From contig OY760183.1 in NCBI GenBank assembly GCA_963663275.1, positions 1,312,001 through 1,376,000 of the forward strand: DNA of 64,000 bases, read 5' to 3'. Position numbers and translations under genes: made by a program. Numbering within the stretch: position 1 is the stretch's first letter; every line of letters begins with the position of its first letter. Shown in pieces: positions 18,221 to 29,056 of the stretch. Source of the stretch: Chloroflexota bacterium (GTDB lineage: Bacteria; Chloroflexota; UBA11872; VXOZ01). The notes under the pieces are model-generated. The model was not told the DNA's origin. It saw only the letters and a list, made by a program, of their open reading frames with translations, and did not search any database.

Positions 18221-18478
18221 GGGTTGCCCTCCGGCATTGGCTAGGCCGCGCAAGGAAGTCGCGCGGCCGCGGTTACAGGCGCAATCCGGCGCCAAGATGC
18301 GGGGGACAAGCCCCCGCGCTACGGTTTGGTTAGACGGTAGCACAGACGTGTGAATTGCGCCCGTCGGTAGGGGCAACCCTTGTGGTTGCCGGCGCGGTCG
18401 TTGCCGTAGCCATTGGTCAACCACGAGGGTTGCCCCTACGGTGGAAATGGGCAGGGACGAGGGTTGCCCATTCCGGTG

Positions 18479-19642
18479 TTAGGACAGTTTTCGCAGCCGT
18501 TCGAGGGCTTCCGCCAATTTCTCGCGGCTGGTGGCGTAGGACATGCGCAGGTGGCCGTCGGCGAGGAACGACGAGCCCGGCACGGCGGCCACGTGGGCTT
18601 CTTCCAGCAGACGATCGGCCACCGCCATGTCCTCTTCGTCGCCCTTGACGTGCGGAAAAGCGTAGAACGCGCCGCCGGGCATGGCGCACGAATAGCCCGC
18701 ACTGCGCAGCCCATCAACCAGCAGCGCCCGCCGCTCGCGAAACTCGGCCACCATCTCCCGCACGCAGTCCTGCGGCCCGGTAAGCGCGGCGATGGCGGCC
18801 TTTTGCGCGGCGGACGTAGGGTTGCTGGTTAGTTGCGTCATAAGATCGTTGATAGCCTTGATCACCGGCTCCGGCCCGGCCACGTAGCCCAGCCGCCAGC
18901 CGGTCATGGCATAGGTTTTCGAGACGGTGTTCACCGTAATCACGCGCGCCTTCTCGTTCGGCCCCATCGAGGCGGGCGAGAGGTGTTCGGAATCGCCGTA
19001 GATGAAGTGCTCGTAGGTTTCGTCGGCGATCAGGTAGATACCGCGCTCCACGCAAGCCTGCGCCAGTGTGCGGATTTCCGCCGGCGGGGCGACCTCGCCG
19101 GTGGGATTGCAGGGCGAATTGAGCAGAATGGCGCGGGTATTGCTGGTAATGCGCTCCAGCAGCGGGGCGGCCGTAATCGTGAACGGCGAGGCCAGCGGCA
19201 CGGTGACGGGTGTGCCCTGCGCCAGCTTGATTTGCTCCAGGAACGTCGGCCAGGTGGGGGCGTGGACGATGACCTCGTCGCCCGGGTTGCAGATGGCCAG
19301 AAAGACGTTGCAGACCGCCTGCTTGCCGCCGACGCAGGCCACCACCTCGTTCGGGCTGTAGTCTACGCCGTTCTCGCGGGTGAGCTTCTCCGCGATGGCC
19401 TCTTTCAGTTCGGGGATGCCGCCGGCCGGCGTGTACTTGTTGAAGCCGTCTTGAATCGCGCCGATGGCAGCCGCTTTGATGTGTTCCGGCGTATCGAAGT
19501 CCGGCTCGCCCACGGAGAGATTGATCACGTCGATGCCGGCGCGCACCATGGCTTTGGCCTTGGCGTCCATGGCCATGGTGGGGGAAGGGGTCAACGCCAG
19601 AATGCGGTCGGCTACGGCCTGCGCGGTGCTAGAAGATGCCAC
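18479..19642 (-). CDS. Class I/II PLP-dependent aminotransferase (aspartate aminotransferase-like)
   Basis: GEPDFDTP, NSPCNPTG, DETY, SKTYAMTGWRLGY. Confidence 0.93.
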   Translation of the reverse strand: MASSSTAQAVADRILALTPSPTMAMDAKAKAMVRAGIDVINLSVGEPDFDTPEHIKAAAIGAIQDGFNKYTPAGGIPELKEAIAEKLTRENGVDYSPNEVVACVGGKQAVCNVFLAICNPGDEVIVHAPTWPTFLEQIKLAQGTPVTVPLASPFTITAAPLLERITSNTRAILLNSPCNPTGEVAPPAEIRTLAQACVERGIYLIADETYEHFIYGDSEHLSPASMGPNEKARVITVNTVSKTYAMTGWRLGYVAGPEPVIKAINDLMTQLTSNPTSAAQKAAIAALTGPQDCVREMVAEFRERRALLVDGLRSAGYSCAMPGGAFYAFPHVKGDEEDMAVADRLLEEAHVAAVPGSSFLADGHLRMSYATSREKLAEALERLRKLS

Positions 19643-19920
19643 GAGCGGATTGCCTCCAGGTGCTCTCGAATTGCGCGTTCGTTCTGTGGTGATTATATAA
19701 CTACGCGGTACGATTTGGGTAAAAGTGGCCGGTGGTAACGGTATTGGTGCGGCGCAGGTTGCAAACCTGCGCCGCCAGGGACGTGGAGCGCTGTCCTCTT
19801 CACCGCAATTCTCAACGCGGCTGCATGGCAGAAAGAGCCCTCACCCCGGCCCTCTCCCGCCGGGAGAGGTGGCAAGAGCGAGGCCGCGCGTATGGGGAGG
19901 CGCTCCAGTCCCCTCCCTCG

Positions 19921-20061
19921 GAGATCTTTGCATAACCCCTTCCCCATTGAGGGGGAAGGCCGGGATGGGGGTGAAAAGGCTTGACGGCAAGCAAAACAAA
20001 AGGGTAAAGGCACCTCTGGATTCCGGTTTTCACCGGAATGACAGAGTTGTGCAAAGGTCTC
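19921..20061. mobile_element. MITE-A, empty copy (141 bp)
   Basis: GAGATCTTTGCATAAC...GTTGTGCAAAGGTCTC, flanked by CTCG direct repeats. Confidence 0.8.
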
Positions 20062-20261
20062 CTCGGGAGGTGCTCCGGTTCCCTCTCCCTGGGGAGAGGG
20101 TTAGGGTGAGGGGGAAAAGTGTGGCGGATTGGTTTGCGTTCTCCCCTCACCCCGGCCCTCTCCCAGCGGGAGAGGGGGGCAAGAGCGGGAGCGCGAGCAC
20201 GGCTTGGCGCTCCGGTTCCTTCTTCTAGCGGAAGAGGGAACCGGTCTCGCTTGGGCGTGTG

Positions 20262-21326
20262 TTAGCGCGTGAACAGGATGTAAAGCACGTCGCCGTCTTG
20301 GACGACGTAGTCGCGGCCCTCTTGGCGCACCAGGCCGTGTTTGCGGGCGTCGGCGTAGCCGTGGTTCTCGATCAATTGCTCCCAAGGGATCACTTCCGCC
20401 CGGGCGAAGCCGCGCGCCATGTCGGTGTGGATCTTGCCGGCGGCGTCTTGCGCCCGCGTGCCGCGCGGGATGGCCCAGGCGCGCACCTCGTTTTCATTGA
20501 GGGTGAAGAAGTGGATAAGGCCCAGCAGGGCGTGGGACTCCCGCACGACCCGCGTTGCGCCCGCCTCATCGAGGCCCAGGTCAGCGCGGAAGAGCGCGGC
20601 CTCGTCCGGCGGCAGTTGGGCGATTTCCATTTCCAGTTGCGCGCTGAGGGCCAGGATGGTGGTATGCGGGTGCGGGTAGGCGGCGCGCGCCTGGGCAGCC
20701 ATCGCATCGGCTTGCGGCCACTGCGCCTCGGAGAGGTTGAGGGCCACCAGCGTGGGTTTATGCGTGAGCAGTTGGAACCCGCGAATGGCCTGCTCCTCGT
20801 CCGCGGCCAGGTTGAGCGCCCGCGCGGGAACGCCCTGTTCGAGTGCAGCCTGGATACGCTCCAAGAGGGTCTGTTCGCGTTCCAGGAGTAGCCGTTCCGC
20901 CGGCGGGGCCGTGCGCCATTGCACCGCCAGACGCTTCAGGCGGCTTTCCACGATTTGCAGGTCGGGCAGCACCAGGTCGAGATGGATGCTCTCCAGTTCG
21001 CTGGCGGGTTCCTGGGCGCCGCTGAACGCGCCGAGCACGATCAGCAGCGCGTCCACGGTGCGCAGCGTGGCTACCCAGGCGGCTTCCTGCTCCTGCCGAC
21101 CGAAACCGGCGCCGGGAAAGTCAAGGTACTGCGCCTCGGTGGGGATGCAGCGCGCCGTGTTGAACAGGAGGCAGAGCGCCTCGAGACGCGGGTCGTGAAG
21201 CTGAACGGCGGCAAGGGTCGGCTCCAGGCCGTGGGACTGGCGCCCCGGCTCCGCCGCGCCGGCGGCGAGGGCGTTGAAGACGGTGGTCTTGCCGGCAAAA
21301 GGTAATCCGATGATGCCGATTTGCAC
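20262..21326 (-). CDS. ychF: YchF/Obg-family ATPase (divergent)
   Basis: GLPFAGKTT P-loop; C-terminal AAGKIHTDMARGF.RAEV and EGRDYVVQDGDV. Confidence 0.88.
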   Translation of the reverse strand: MQIGIIGLPFAGKTTVFNALAAGAAEPGRQSHGLEPTLAAVQLHDPRLEALCLLFNTARCIPTEAQYLDFPGAGFGRQEQEAAWVATLRTVDALLIVLGAFSGAQEPASELESIHLDLVLPDLQIVESRLKRLAVQWRTAPPAERLLLEREQTLLERIQAALEQGVPARALNLAADEEQAIRGFQLLTHKPTLVALNLSEAQWPQADAMAAQARAAYPHPHTTILALSAQLEMEIAQLPPDEAALFRADLGLDEAGATRVVRESHALLGLIHFFTLNENEVRAWAIPRGTRAQDAAGKIHTDMARGFARAEVIPWEQLIENHGYADARKHGLVRQEGRDYVVQDGDVLYILFTR

Positions 21327-21410
21327 CGGCGCTCTCCTTCAAAACGCCTCTGCGGGCGCTTATTCAGACGGGAATTCGTCCGATGAATACATCGCTCTTT
21401 GCGGGGCGGC

Positions 21411-21676
21411 CCTTCGACTCTGCTCAAGGCGGCCCTTCGACAGGCTCAGGGCGAACGGGAGGAATTGCCCGTTTGACCCTTCGACGGTGCTCTGGGCGAA
21501 CGGCAGGCATCCGTTCGTGCTGAGCCTGTCGAAGCATGAACGGAAGGAAGCGCATTGCAAGCTGTTTCCCGGTTTCCGCGCCGTTCACCCTTCGACGCTG
21601 CTCAGGGCGAACGGGAGGAATTGCCCGTTTCACCCTTCGACGGTGCTCGGGGCGAACGGCGGAAATCGCCCGTTCC
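21411..21676. repeat. Cluster of CCCTTCGAC...GCTCAGGGCGAACGG (CGTTC-type) REP palindromes
   Basis: About six copies in direct and inverted orientation; another copy near 48785. Confidence 0.8.
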
Positions 21677-22150
21677 TATGGCAGGGCCGCGGACGCCAGG
21701 GGAGCGCGGCCGTTCTCTTACGCGGCCGCGCGGCCTGTTAGCGCGCGCCCGCAGCCCGGCGTCCGCTTCGTATTGTATGGCGCGGGCGCGCCAGGGACAA
21801 CCGAGGTTGTTCCCATGGGCTTGCTGCGCTATCATTTCTCTAGTCCGAATGGAGATTATGGCGCGGCGAGGCGGGACTGGGGTGTGCCGACGAGGATTTC
21901 CCCTCTTTCCGGGGAGACCTTTGCATAGCCGGAGAGGGAAGTGACGAAGCCCAGCGCGCACGCCTCTTATCCCCTCTCCCTGTGGGAGAGGGTTAGGGTG
22001 AGGGAAGATTTTACGGCGACTTCAAACCCAAGTCTTACGAGATGGGGTGGAACCGGCGAGGATTCCCCCTCACCCCGGCCCTCTCCCCAGGGAGAGGGAG
22101 TTTTCCGGCCACTGCTTAGAAGTTGGGTTGCCGGCCGGATTGAGGTTCAT

Positions 22151-22226
22151 TGGTGGCGTTGAATGACTCGTCAGCGGCGTTGAATGGTTCGTTAGTGGCG
22201 CTTAGTTACTCGCCGATGGCGTTGCA
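22151..22226 (+). repeat. Four degenerate 21-bp tandem repeats upstream of the hydantoinase operon
   Basis: GGCG(T/C)T at 22155, 22176, 22197, 22218. Confidence 0.7.
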
Positions 22227-22250
22227 TAAAGTGTGAATGGAGGAGTTGGC

Positions 22251-22994
22251 ATGTTTGGTTGGCGTGGACGCATTGGATTGCTGGTGCCGTCGGTGAATAC
22301 GGTGGTGGAGCCGGAGGGCTGCGCCTTGTTGCCCGAGGGGTATTCCGTTTTTGCCACCCGTATGCGCAACTCCCGCTCGGACGCCGACGACATGGCGCAG
22401 ATGTGCGCCCACGTGGATCGCGGCGTGGACGAACTGCTCAGCGCGCGGGTGGACGCGATCGCCTTTGCCTGCACGGCCGGCAGTTTCTTCGAAGGCGCGG
22501 ACGGTGAAGAGGCATTGCGCGCGCGGCTGCGCGGCGGCAGCCCGATCGAAGCCGTGACGACGGCCGGCGCGGTGGCCGGGGCCTTGCGCGCGCTGGACGC
22601 GCAGCGCGTGGCTATGGTCACGCCGTATATCCCGGAACTGAACGACCTCGAAGTAAAGTTCCTGCAAGACTGGGGTTTCGACGTGGTGAGCCAAGCCGGC
22701 ATGGGCATTCTCACGGCCTTCGACATCGGCGTGGTGCCGCTGGCGGAAACCTACCGCTTTGCCCGGGACCACGTTGCCGAAGATGCCGACGCGCTCTTCA
22801 TTAGCTGCACCAATCTCCGCACCATGGACGTGATCCAGGCGCTGGAAGAGGACCTGGGCATTCCCGTAGTGACGAGCAATCAAGCCACCTACTGGCAATG
22901 CCTGCGCGCCCTGGGTCACACGGCGGCGATTTCCGGTTACGGCCGGCTGTTCGAACTCTCACCGGCGGCGCGTCCCGTGCCCGTGACCGTCTAG
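22251..22994 (+). CDS. Asp/Glu racemase-family protein (maleate isomerase/arylmalonate decarboxylase-like)
   Basis: PSVNTVVE, ACTAGS, TPY, ISCTNL, TSNQA; GGAGGAG RBS. Confidence 0.9.
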   Translation: MFGWRGRIGLLVPSVNTVVEPEGCALLPEGYSVFATRMRNSRSDADDMAQMCAHVDRGVDELLSARVDAIAFACTAGSFFEGADGEEALRARLRGGSPIEAVTTAGAVAGALRALDAQRVAMVTPYIPELNDLEVKFLQDWGFDVVSQAGMGILTAFDIGVVPLAETYRFARDHVAEDADALFISCTNLRTMDVIQALEEDLGIPVVTSNQATYWQCLRALGHTAAISGYGRLFELSPAARPVPVTV

Positions 22995-23003
22995 GCGGCG
23001 CTT

Positions 23004-25091
23004 GTGGACTCAACGTTGCGCATCGGGGTGGATATTGGGGGCACGTTCACCGACCTCGTCTTCATGGACGCCCAGGGGCTGCGGGCGTGGACCAAGGTTT
23101 CGTCCACGGCTGACGACTTTGCCCAGGGCATCGTGCGGGGTCTCGACGCGCTCATCAACGAGACGAACGCCGCCAGCGCGGACATCCACGAAGTCATCCA
23201 CGCCACCACCGTGGCGACGAACGCGATTCTGGAGGGCAAGGGCGCGCCCACGGGCCTCATCACTACCGCGGGCTTTCGCGACGTGCTGGAGATCCGGCGG
23301 CTGCGCATGCCCCGCCTCTACGATTTGCGCTGGGAGCCGCCGCAACCGCTGGTGCCGCGCGCGCTGCGGCGCGAGGTTGACGAACGCATCGACACGGACG
23401 GCGGCGTGGTGCGCGAACTTGATGAGGCCAGCGTCCACGCGGCCATAGCGCGCCTGCTCGACGCGGGCGTGCAGTCGATCGCGGTCTGCCTCATCAACTC
23501 CTACCGCAATCCGGCGCATGAAGAGCGCATCGGCGCGCTGCTCCACGCGGCGGCGCCTGACGTGTTCGTTTCCCTTTCATCCCACGTCCTGCCGGAAATC
23601 CGCGAGTACGAACGCACGAGCACGACGGTGATCAATGCCTACATCGCCCCCGTGATGCGCTCGTACCTCAACCGGCTCCAGGAGTCTTTCGACGACCGGC
23701 GCATTACCGCGCCGGTGTACATGATGCAGTCCGCCGGCGGCATGATGGGCGCGGCCAAGGCGGCGGAGCAGCCGATCCACGTGATCGAGTCCGGGCCCGC
23801 CGCCGGTGTGATGGGCGCGCTCTCGCTGGCGAACGCGATGGACGTTGGCAACGCGATTACGCTCGACATGGGCGGCACCACAGCCAAGGCGTCGGTGATC
23901 GAGGACGGCCGCATCACGCGCACGAACGACTACGAGGTCGGCGGCGGCATCAGCCTCAGCGCGCGTCTGCAACGGGGCGCGGGCTACGCGCTGCGGGTGC
24001 CTGCGATTGACATTGCGGAAGTCGGCGCCGGCGGCGGCAGCATCGCGTGGATCGATCCGGCCGGCGGGCTGCGCGTGGGGCCGCACAGCGCGGGCGCGGA
24101 GCCGGGCCCGGTGTGCTACGCCCTGGGCGGCAAGGAGCCGACCCTCACCGATGCCAACGTCGCGCTGGGCTTCCTGAACCCCACGCACTTCCTGGGGGGC
24201 GAACTGCCGATCGACGCGGCCCGCGCGCGCGCCGTCTTGGAGGAGCGGCTGGGGGCGCCGCTTGGCTTGAGCGTCGAAGATGCGGCTCTCGGCATCCATC
24301 GCATCGCGGTCTCCCACATGAGCCGCGCCGTGCGGGCGGTTACGGTGGAGCGCGGACGGTCGCCCGCCGACTTCGCGCTGTTCGCCTTTGGCGGCAGCGG
24401 CCCGCTGCACGCCGCCGAAATGGCGCGGGAACTTGGCATCCGGCAGGTGGTCGTGCCGCCGTTTCCGGGGTTGTTTAGCTCGTTGGGCCTCCTGTGCGTG
24501 GACGTTGCCCAGCACGCCTCGCAGACGGTGCTGCTGCCGCTCGATGCCGTGAGCGAAACGGAAATCAACCAACACTATGAAGCCTTAGAGTCGCGGCTGG
24601 CCGGTGAGCTTGGGGTGGACGGCGACGCGCGGCGTCTTGGCGCGTGGCAGCGTTTCGCGGACTTGCGCTATCAGGGACAGTCCTTCGAACTCACCGTTCC
24701 CTTCCAGGAGTCGAAGCCGGCGGTGATGCGGGAGGCGTTCGAGCGCGAACACGAGCGTACCTACGGACACAAAGCGCCGGACGATCCGGTGGAACTCGTC
24801 AACCTGCGGGTTGAGGTCACGCTGCCGCGTGAAGGCGCGCACCGGTGGGGCAGCGCCGGGGCCGGCAGGGAATTGGTGGACGGCCCGCAGGAGCGGCCCG
24901 CGTACTTTGGCGGCGCGGTTGGCGAACGGAGTGTGCCGTTGCTCGCCCGCCGCGAACTGGATTCAAGAGCGCGGCCCGGCCCGTTGATTGTGGAAGAGTA
25001 TGACACGACCATCCTCGTGCCGCCGCAGTGCACGGTGCGGCGGGACGATTGGGACAACGTGGTGATCGCCGTAGGGGAGGCGCAGTCGTGA
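23004..25091 (+). CDS. hyuA: Hydantoinase A / 5-oxoprolinase subunit
   Basis: DIGGTFTD, HATTVATN, ESGPAAG, DMGGTT, SAGAEPGP, FGGSGPLH. Confidence 0.92.
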   Translation: MDSTLRIGVDIGGTFTDLVFMDAQGLRAWTKVSSTADDFAQGIVRGLDALINETNAASADIHEVIHATTVATNAILEGKGAPTGLITTAGFRDVLEIRRLRMPRLYDLRWEPPQPLVPRALRREVDERIDTDGGVVRELDEASVHAAIARLLDAGVQSIAVCLINSYRNPAHEERIGALLHAAAPDVFVSLSSHVLPEIREYERTSTTVINAYIAPVMRSYLNRLQESFDDRRITAPVYMMQSAGGMMGAAKAAEQPIHVIESGPAAGVMGALSLANAMDVGNAITLDMGGTTAKASVIEDGRITRTNDYEVGGGISLSARLQRGAGYALRVPAIDIAEVGAGGGSIAWIDPAGGLRVGPHSAGAEPGPVCYALGGKEPTLTDANVALGFLNPTHFLGGELPIDAARARAVLEERLGAPLGLSVEDAALGIHRIAVSHMSRAVRAVTVERGRSPADFALFAFGGSGPLHAAEMARELGIRQVVVPPFPGLFSSLGLLCVDVAQHASQTVLLPLDAVSETEINQHYEALESRLAGELGVDGDARRLGAWQRFADLRYQGQSFELTVPFQESKPAVMREAFEREHERTYGHKAPDDPVELVNLRVEVTLPREGAHRWGSAGAGRELVDGPQERPAYFGGAVGERSVPLLARRELDSRARPGPLIVEEYDTTILVPPQCTVRRDDWDNVVIAVGEAQS

Positions 25092-26827
25092 GCCGCGAAT
25101 TCGATCCGGTTGAAACGGAAATCCTCAAGAACGCGCTGGAGTCGCTGGTGGACGAGATGGCGATGACGGTGCTGCGCACGGCGTACTCGAACAATCTGAA
25201 GAACAGCATGGACTTCTCCACCGCGCTCTGCCAGCCCAGCGGCGAGCTTATCGCCCAGGGCCTGACGCTGCCGCTCCACCTCGGCTCGGTGCCCCACGCC
25301 ATGGAGAGCATCTTCGCGACCTTTGGCGGCGACGTGCGGCCCGGCGACGTCTATATGCTCAACGATCCCTACGCGGGCGGCACGCATCTGCCGGACATCT
25401 ACATCTTCAAGCCGGTATTCCTGGAGGGCGCGCTCGCCTGTTTCCTGGTGTCGATTGCGCACCACGCCGACGTGGGCGGGATGGTGGCGGGCGGGAACGG
25501 CTGCGACGCCACGGAAATCTTCCAGGAAGGCATCCGCATCCCGCCGCTCAAGCTCTACGCCGCCGGCGAACCGAACGAGGCCGTCTTCGAACTGCTGCGG
25601 GCGAACGTGCGCGTGCCCCGGCTGGTGCTGGGCGACATTCGCGCGCAACTCTCCGCCTGCCACGTGGGCGAACGGCGCGTAAAGACCCTGTTCGCGCGCT
25701 ACGGGCACGATGAGTTGCAGGCGCGGTTCTCCGCGCTCCTCGACTACACGGAGCGGCTGGCGCGGCAGGCGATCGCGGACTTTCCGGACGGGGAATACCA
25801 GTTTACGGACTACATCGACGACGACGGTTTCGACCCGGGGCCGATACCCATTGCCGTTACCGTGCGGGTGCACGGGGATGCGATGACGGTGGACTTTGCG
25901 GGCACCGCGCCGCAGGTGCGCGGCGGCATCAACTCGCCGATTCCCTTTACGCGCTCGGCGGTCTACGCCTGCGTGCGCAGCCTCATGGGAGAGGAAATAC
26001 CGAACAACGAGGGGTACTTTCGTCCGATTGAGGTGATTGCGCCGGAAAGCTCGGTCATCAATCCCAGTATGCCCGCGCCGGTGGCGGCACGCGGCCTGAC
26101 CGGCTACCGCACCGCCAACGCCGTGATGGGCGCGCTGGCCAAACTGGCGCCGGAGCGCATCCCGGCCTGCGAGGTGGGCGGCGATACCGGCGTGAGCATC
26201 GGCGGCTACGACGACGCGGGCAATCCCTTCGTCTACCTGGAATTTCTCTTTGGCTCGTGGGGAGGCAAGCCCTGGAGCGATGGGACCGACGCCATGGCGA
26301 GCATCGTGGTGAACTTTTCGAACAACCCGGTGGAAGTGGTGGAGGCGGAACTGCCGCTGCGCATCGAACGCTACGGCTACGTGCCGGATTCTGAGGGGGC
26401 GGGCGCTTATCGCGGCGGCTTGGCGCTGGTGCGCGACTACCGCCTGCGAGAGAAGCGCGCCACGCTGCAACTCCGTTCGGATCGCCACAAGAAGCACGCC
26501 TACGGACTGGCCGGCGGCCACCCCGGCGCGCCCTCGCGGAACATCCTCAATCCGGATACCGAGGCGCGGGTGCTGACGAGCAAGGCAACCGAGACGATCT
26601 TCGAGGGCGATCTGTTCCGGCACATGGTCTCCGGGGCCGGCGGCTGGGGCAACCCGCTGGAGCGCGACCCGCAATTGGTGCTGGACGACGTGCGCAATGA
26701 GAAGGTGTCCCGCGAGCGGGCCCGCGAAGTCTACGGCGTCGTGGTTACGCCAGATGGGGCGCTTGATTTGCATGCAACGGAACGATGCCGGAGCGTGGGG
26801 TCAGGTGATGATTTGGCGGCACGCTGA
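25088..26827 (+). CDS. hyuB: Hydantoinase B / 5-oxoprolinase subunit
   Basis: GTGA overlap with hyuA; NDPY.GGTHLPD, HH.DVGG, GAGGWGNPLER. Confidence 0.92.
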   Translation: MSREFDPVETEILKNALESLVDEMAMTVLRTAYSNNLKNSMDFSTALCQPSGELIAQGLTLPLHLGSVPHAMESIFATFGGDVRPGDVYMLNDPYAGGTHLPDIYIFKPVFLEGALACFLVSIAHHADVGGMVAGGNGCDATEIFQEGIRIPPLKLYAAGEPNEAVFELLRANVRVPRLVLGDIRAQLSACHVGERRVKTLFARYGHDELQARFSALLDYTERLARQAIADFPDGEYQFTDYIDDDGFDPGPIPIAVTVRVHGDAMTVDFAGTAPQVRGGINSPIPFTRSAVYACVRSLMGEEIPNNEGYFRPIEVIAPESSVINPSMPAPVAARGLTGYRTANAVMGALAKLAPERIPACEVGGDTGVSIGGYDDAGNPFVYLEFLFGSWGGKPWSDGTDAMASIVVNFSNNPVEVVEAELPLRIERYGYVPDSEGAGAYRGGLALVRDYRLREKRATLQLRSDRHKKHAYGLAGGHPGAPSRNILNPDTEARVLTSKATETIFEGDLFRHMVSGAGGWGNPLERDPQLVLDDVRNEKVSRERAREVYGVVVTPDGALDLHATERCRSVGSGDDLAAR

Positions 26828-27014
26828 CGGTTGCGCTAGAATCTTGCGTCTGGAACCGCCTTCCCGCGCGATCTTTCTGAGCATCTACTCGTCGCGGTGC
26901 TCGGACGCTATACACAGCCCAACCTGACACACGGCCTCTGCCGCTTACTTACGCAAGTCCGGAACTCCATCAGGGCGCTGCGCTCTTTGCTCTGGCACTT
27001 GCATTAGCCGTGGT

Positions 27015-27194
27015 CTATTTCGACTGGTCCTGCTCTTTGGAGTTTCGTGCTTGCATGAAATATCCTTCAAGCAACCCCTCGATGCGAGAAACTCGATCCG
27101 ACAATGCAGATATGCGAGTTTCGAATCTCCAGAGCAGGCCGAGCCATGCTGCCGCTGCCACAATACTGGGCATCCATTCCGACAGCGAATCCAT
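27015..27194 (-). CDS. Small protein with one TM segment and a coiled coil
   Basis: MDSLSEWMPSIVAAAAWLGLLWRFETRISALSDRVSRIEGLLEG...; lower-GC intergenic insert. Confidence 0.55.
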   Translation of the reverse strand: MDSLSEWMPSIVAAAAWLGLLWRFETRISALSDRVSRIEGLLEGYFMQARNSKEQDQSK

Positions 27195-27348
27195 AGCTCT
27201 CATCCCTTACTAGTCACCGACTTTCTACAGTCTAACTCACCTGACAAGCAAATGATATTGCTCAAGCTTTCTATGCTTGCCTAGATGAACGGCCTGTTCG
27301 CGTTTGGCCTTGATGTGATCCTGCACGAGGCTTCATTGCGGGCCAACC

Positions 27349-28665
27349 CTAGGCTCCCGCCGGGGCGAGTTCCGCAAGGCGATCAGCATTAGCGACCACC
27401 TTGCGAAAAGCCGCGCCGACCTGCTCCACCCACGCCGGACTCGGGTCGATGGGCGTCTTGACCCAGAAGGCCGTGTCGTGGATGCGCTCGCTCACGGGCA
27501 AGTGGCCGCGCTGTCTGCGGATGCGTGACTCTGCCGGCAGGTCTTTCCACGGCCCGCCCACGTTGTCGAGCGTGTAGTCGTTGAAGAGCGGCTCCAGGTG
27601 CATCACGCCGTAGCCGAAGGGCGTGATTTCGGCGGTCATCGGCACGCCTTCGGCAACCAGCGCCTTGAGAATCGCGTTGACCGGCGCGCCGATTTCCGCC
27701 TGGTCGAGCGTACCCGCGTAGTGCACCAGGCCGCCGCGGACGGCCTGGGGATAGACCTTTTGCGGGTAGACGCCGGGGATCGCGCTGAGCAGCGAGTCGA
27801 GCCGGTCGAACCACGCGCGGCGCTTCTCGTTCATTGCCGGCAGCCGCCGGAACTGCGCGCGCACCATGCCGATGGCGAGCGGATTGGCGCGGTACTTGAC
27901 GCCGAATCCCATGTTGCGGAGGTCGGCGAACTCGGCGGTTGACCAGAGCTTGCCGCAGCGCCCGTATTGGCCGAGCGCCAACATGCGGTCGTAGAGCGCG
28001 TCGTCGTCGGTGACGGCAACCCCGGCCTCGATGCCGGTCATGGCCTTGCCCTTCTGCAGGCTGAAGCAGCCGACGTGACCGAACGAGCCGACCGGTTTGC
28101 CGTCCCACGTCGCGCCGTGGGCGTGGGAGGCGTCCTCGATGAGGACGATGTCCGTGCCGTCCACGATGTCACGAAATGCGTCCATATCCGCCGGATTTCC
28201 GTACACGTGGGTGACGACGATGGCGCAGGTGCGGTCGGTTATCTTGCGCCGCGCGTCCGCCGGGTCGGCGCAGAAGGTATCGGGATCCGCGTCGCAGAAG
28301 ACCGGCGTGGCGCCGCAGTGCAGAATGGGGCTGATGCTCGCGTGCCAGGTGACGGAGGGCACGATCACCTCTTTGCCGGCGTGCGCGCCCGCGGCAAAGA
28401 GCGCGGAATGCAGGGTGGCGGTGCCGTTGCACATGGCAAGGGCGTGTTTCGCGCCGATGAACTCGCGCCACTCCTTTTCGAAGAGGTCCAGCTCGGCGTA
28501 GGCGTCGCCGAAGTTGTCCATCACCCGCAGCACGTACTCTTTTTCCAGGTCGGTCACGCGCTCCCAGCGGTCGTCGATGGGTGCGGTCACCGCCTTTGGC
28601 CCGCCGTCAAGGGCAAGCGTGCCGGTGGAGGACGGCGCGGACGGGGCGTGTAGTGTCTTTGCCAT
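27349..28665 (-). CDS. DegT/DnrJ/EryC1/StrS PLP aminotransferase
   Basis: NGTATL, IEDASHAHG, FSLQKGK (PLP Lys), EAG; GAGGAG RBS. Confidence 0.92.
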   Translation of the reverse strand: MAKTLHAPSAPSSTGTLALDGGPKAVTAPIDDRWERVTDLEKEYVLRVMDNFGDAYAELDLFEKEWREFIGAKHALAMCNGTATLHSALFAAGAHAGKEVIVPSVTWHASISPILHCGATPVFCDADPDTFCADPADARRKITDRTCAIVVTHVYGNPADMDAFRDIVDGTDIVLIEDASHAHGATWDGKPVGSFGHVGCFSLQKGKAMTGIEAGVAVTDDDALYDRMLALGQYGRCGKLWSTAEFADLRNMGFGVKYRANPLAIGMVRAQFRRLPAMNEKRRAWFDRLDSLLSAIPGVYPQKVYPQAVRGGLVHYAGTLDQAEIGAPVNAILKALVAEGVPMTAEITPFGYGVMHLEPLFNDYTLDNVGGPWKDLPAESRIRRQRGHLPVSERIHDTAFWVKTPIDPSPAWVEQVGAAFRKVVANADRLAELAPAGA

Positions 28666-28825
28666 GGCTGAACTCCTCAGGTGCATTGTTCGCTTTGACG
28701 CTTAACTATTGTCTATGTTCGCTCCAGTGTCAAGCATGTAATGGCGCGGCTTGGCGCCAAGCGCCTTGCCCGATAGCGTGTGCATGTTTCGCGCCAAGCC
28801 TGTCCGTGCTCCGGCACGGGGAGGC

Positions 28826-28993
28826 GGGGGTAGGCATTCTACATCCGACTTCACGTGTCATTCCGAGCGGAGCGCAGCGGAGAGTCGCTAAGAGCGCGGA
28901 ATCTAAGGCTTCCGCTGCAAAAACATCGGTTCTAGATTCCGCGAACCCTGTTCGACGCTCCGCTCGGAATGACACTTGGCTACCCCTGTCAGG
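28826..28993. mobile_element. Degenerate MITE-B copy
   Basis: GGGGTAGGCATTCTACATCCGACT...TACCCCTGTCAG, collinear with 3296-3444. Confidence 0.65.
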
Positions 28994-29056
28994 GCATGGG
29001 GGAGGCGGGGGAGAAGCCCCCGCGCTACGGCCGGTAAGCAGGCGGGGGAGAAGCCC

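Noticed and set aside
19693-20228. Short ORFs in repeat-rich gaps (also 3460-3696, 28581-29230, 47709-48140)
   Set aside because: Translations of MITE/REP DNA (PHPGPLP, WIPAF.GMT, CHSERSEES)
21411-21676. Possible CRISPR array
   Set aside because: Mixed orientations, irregular spacing and repeated linkers indicate a REP cluster
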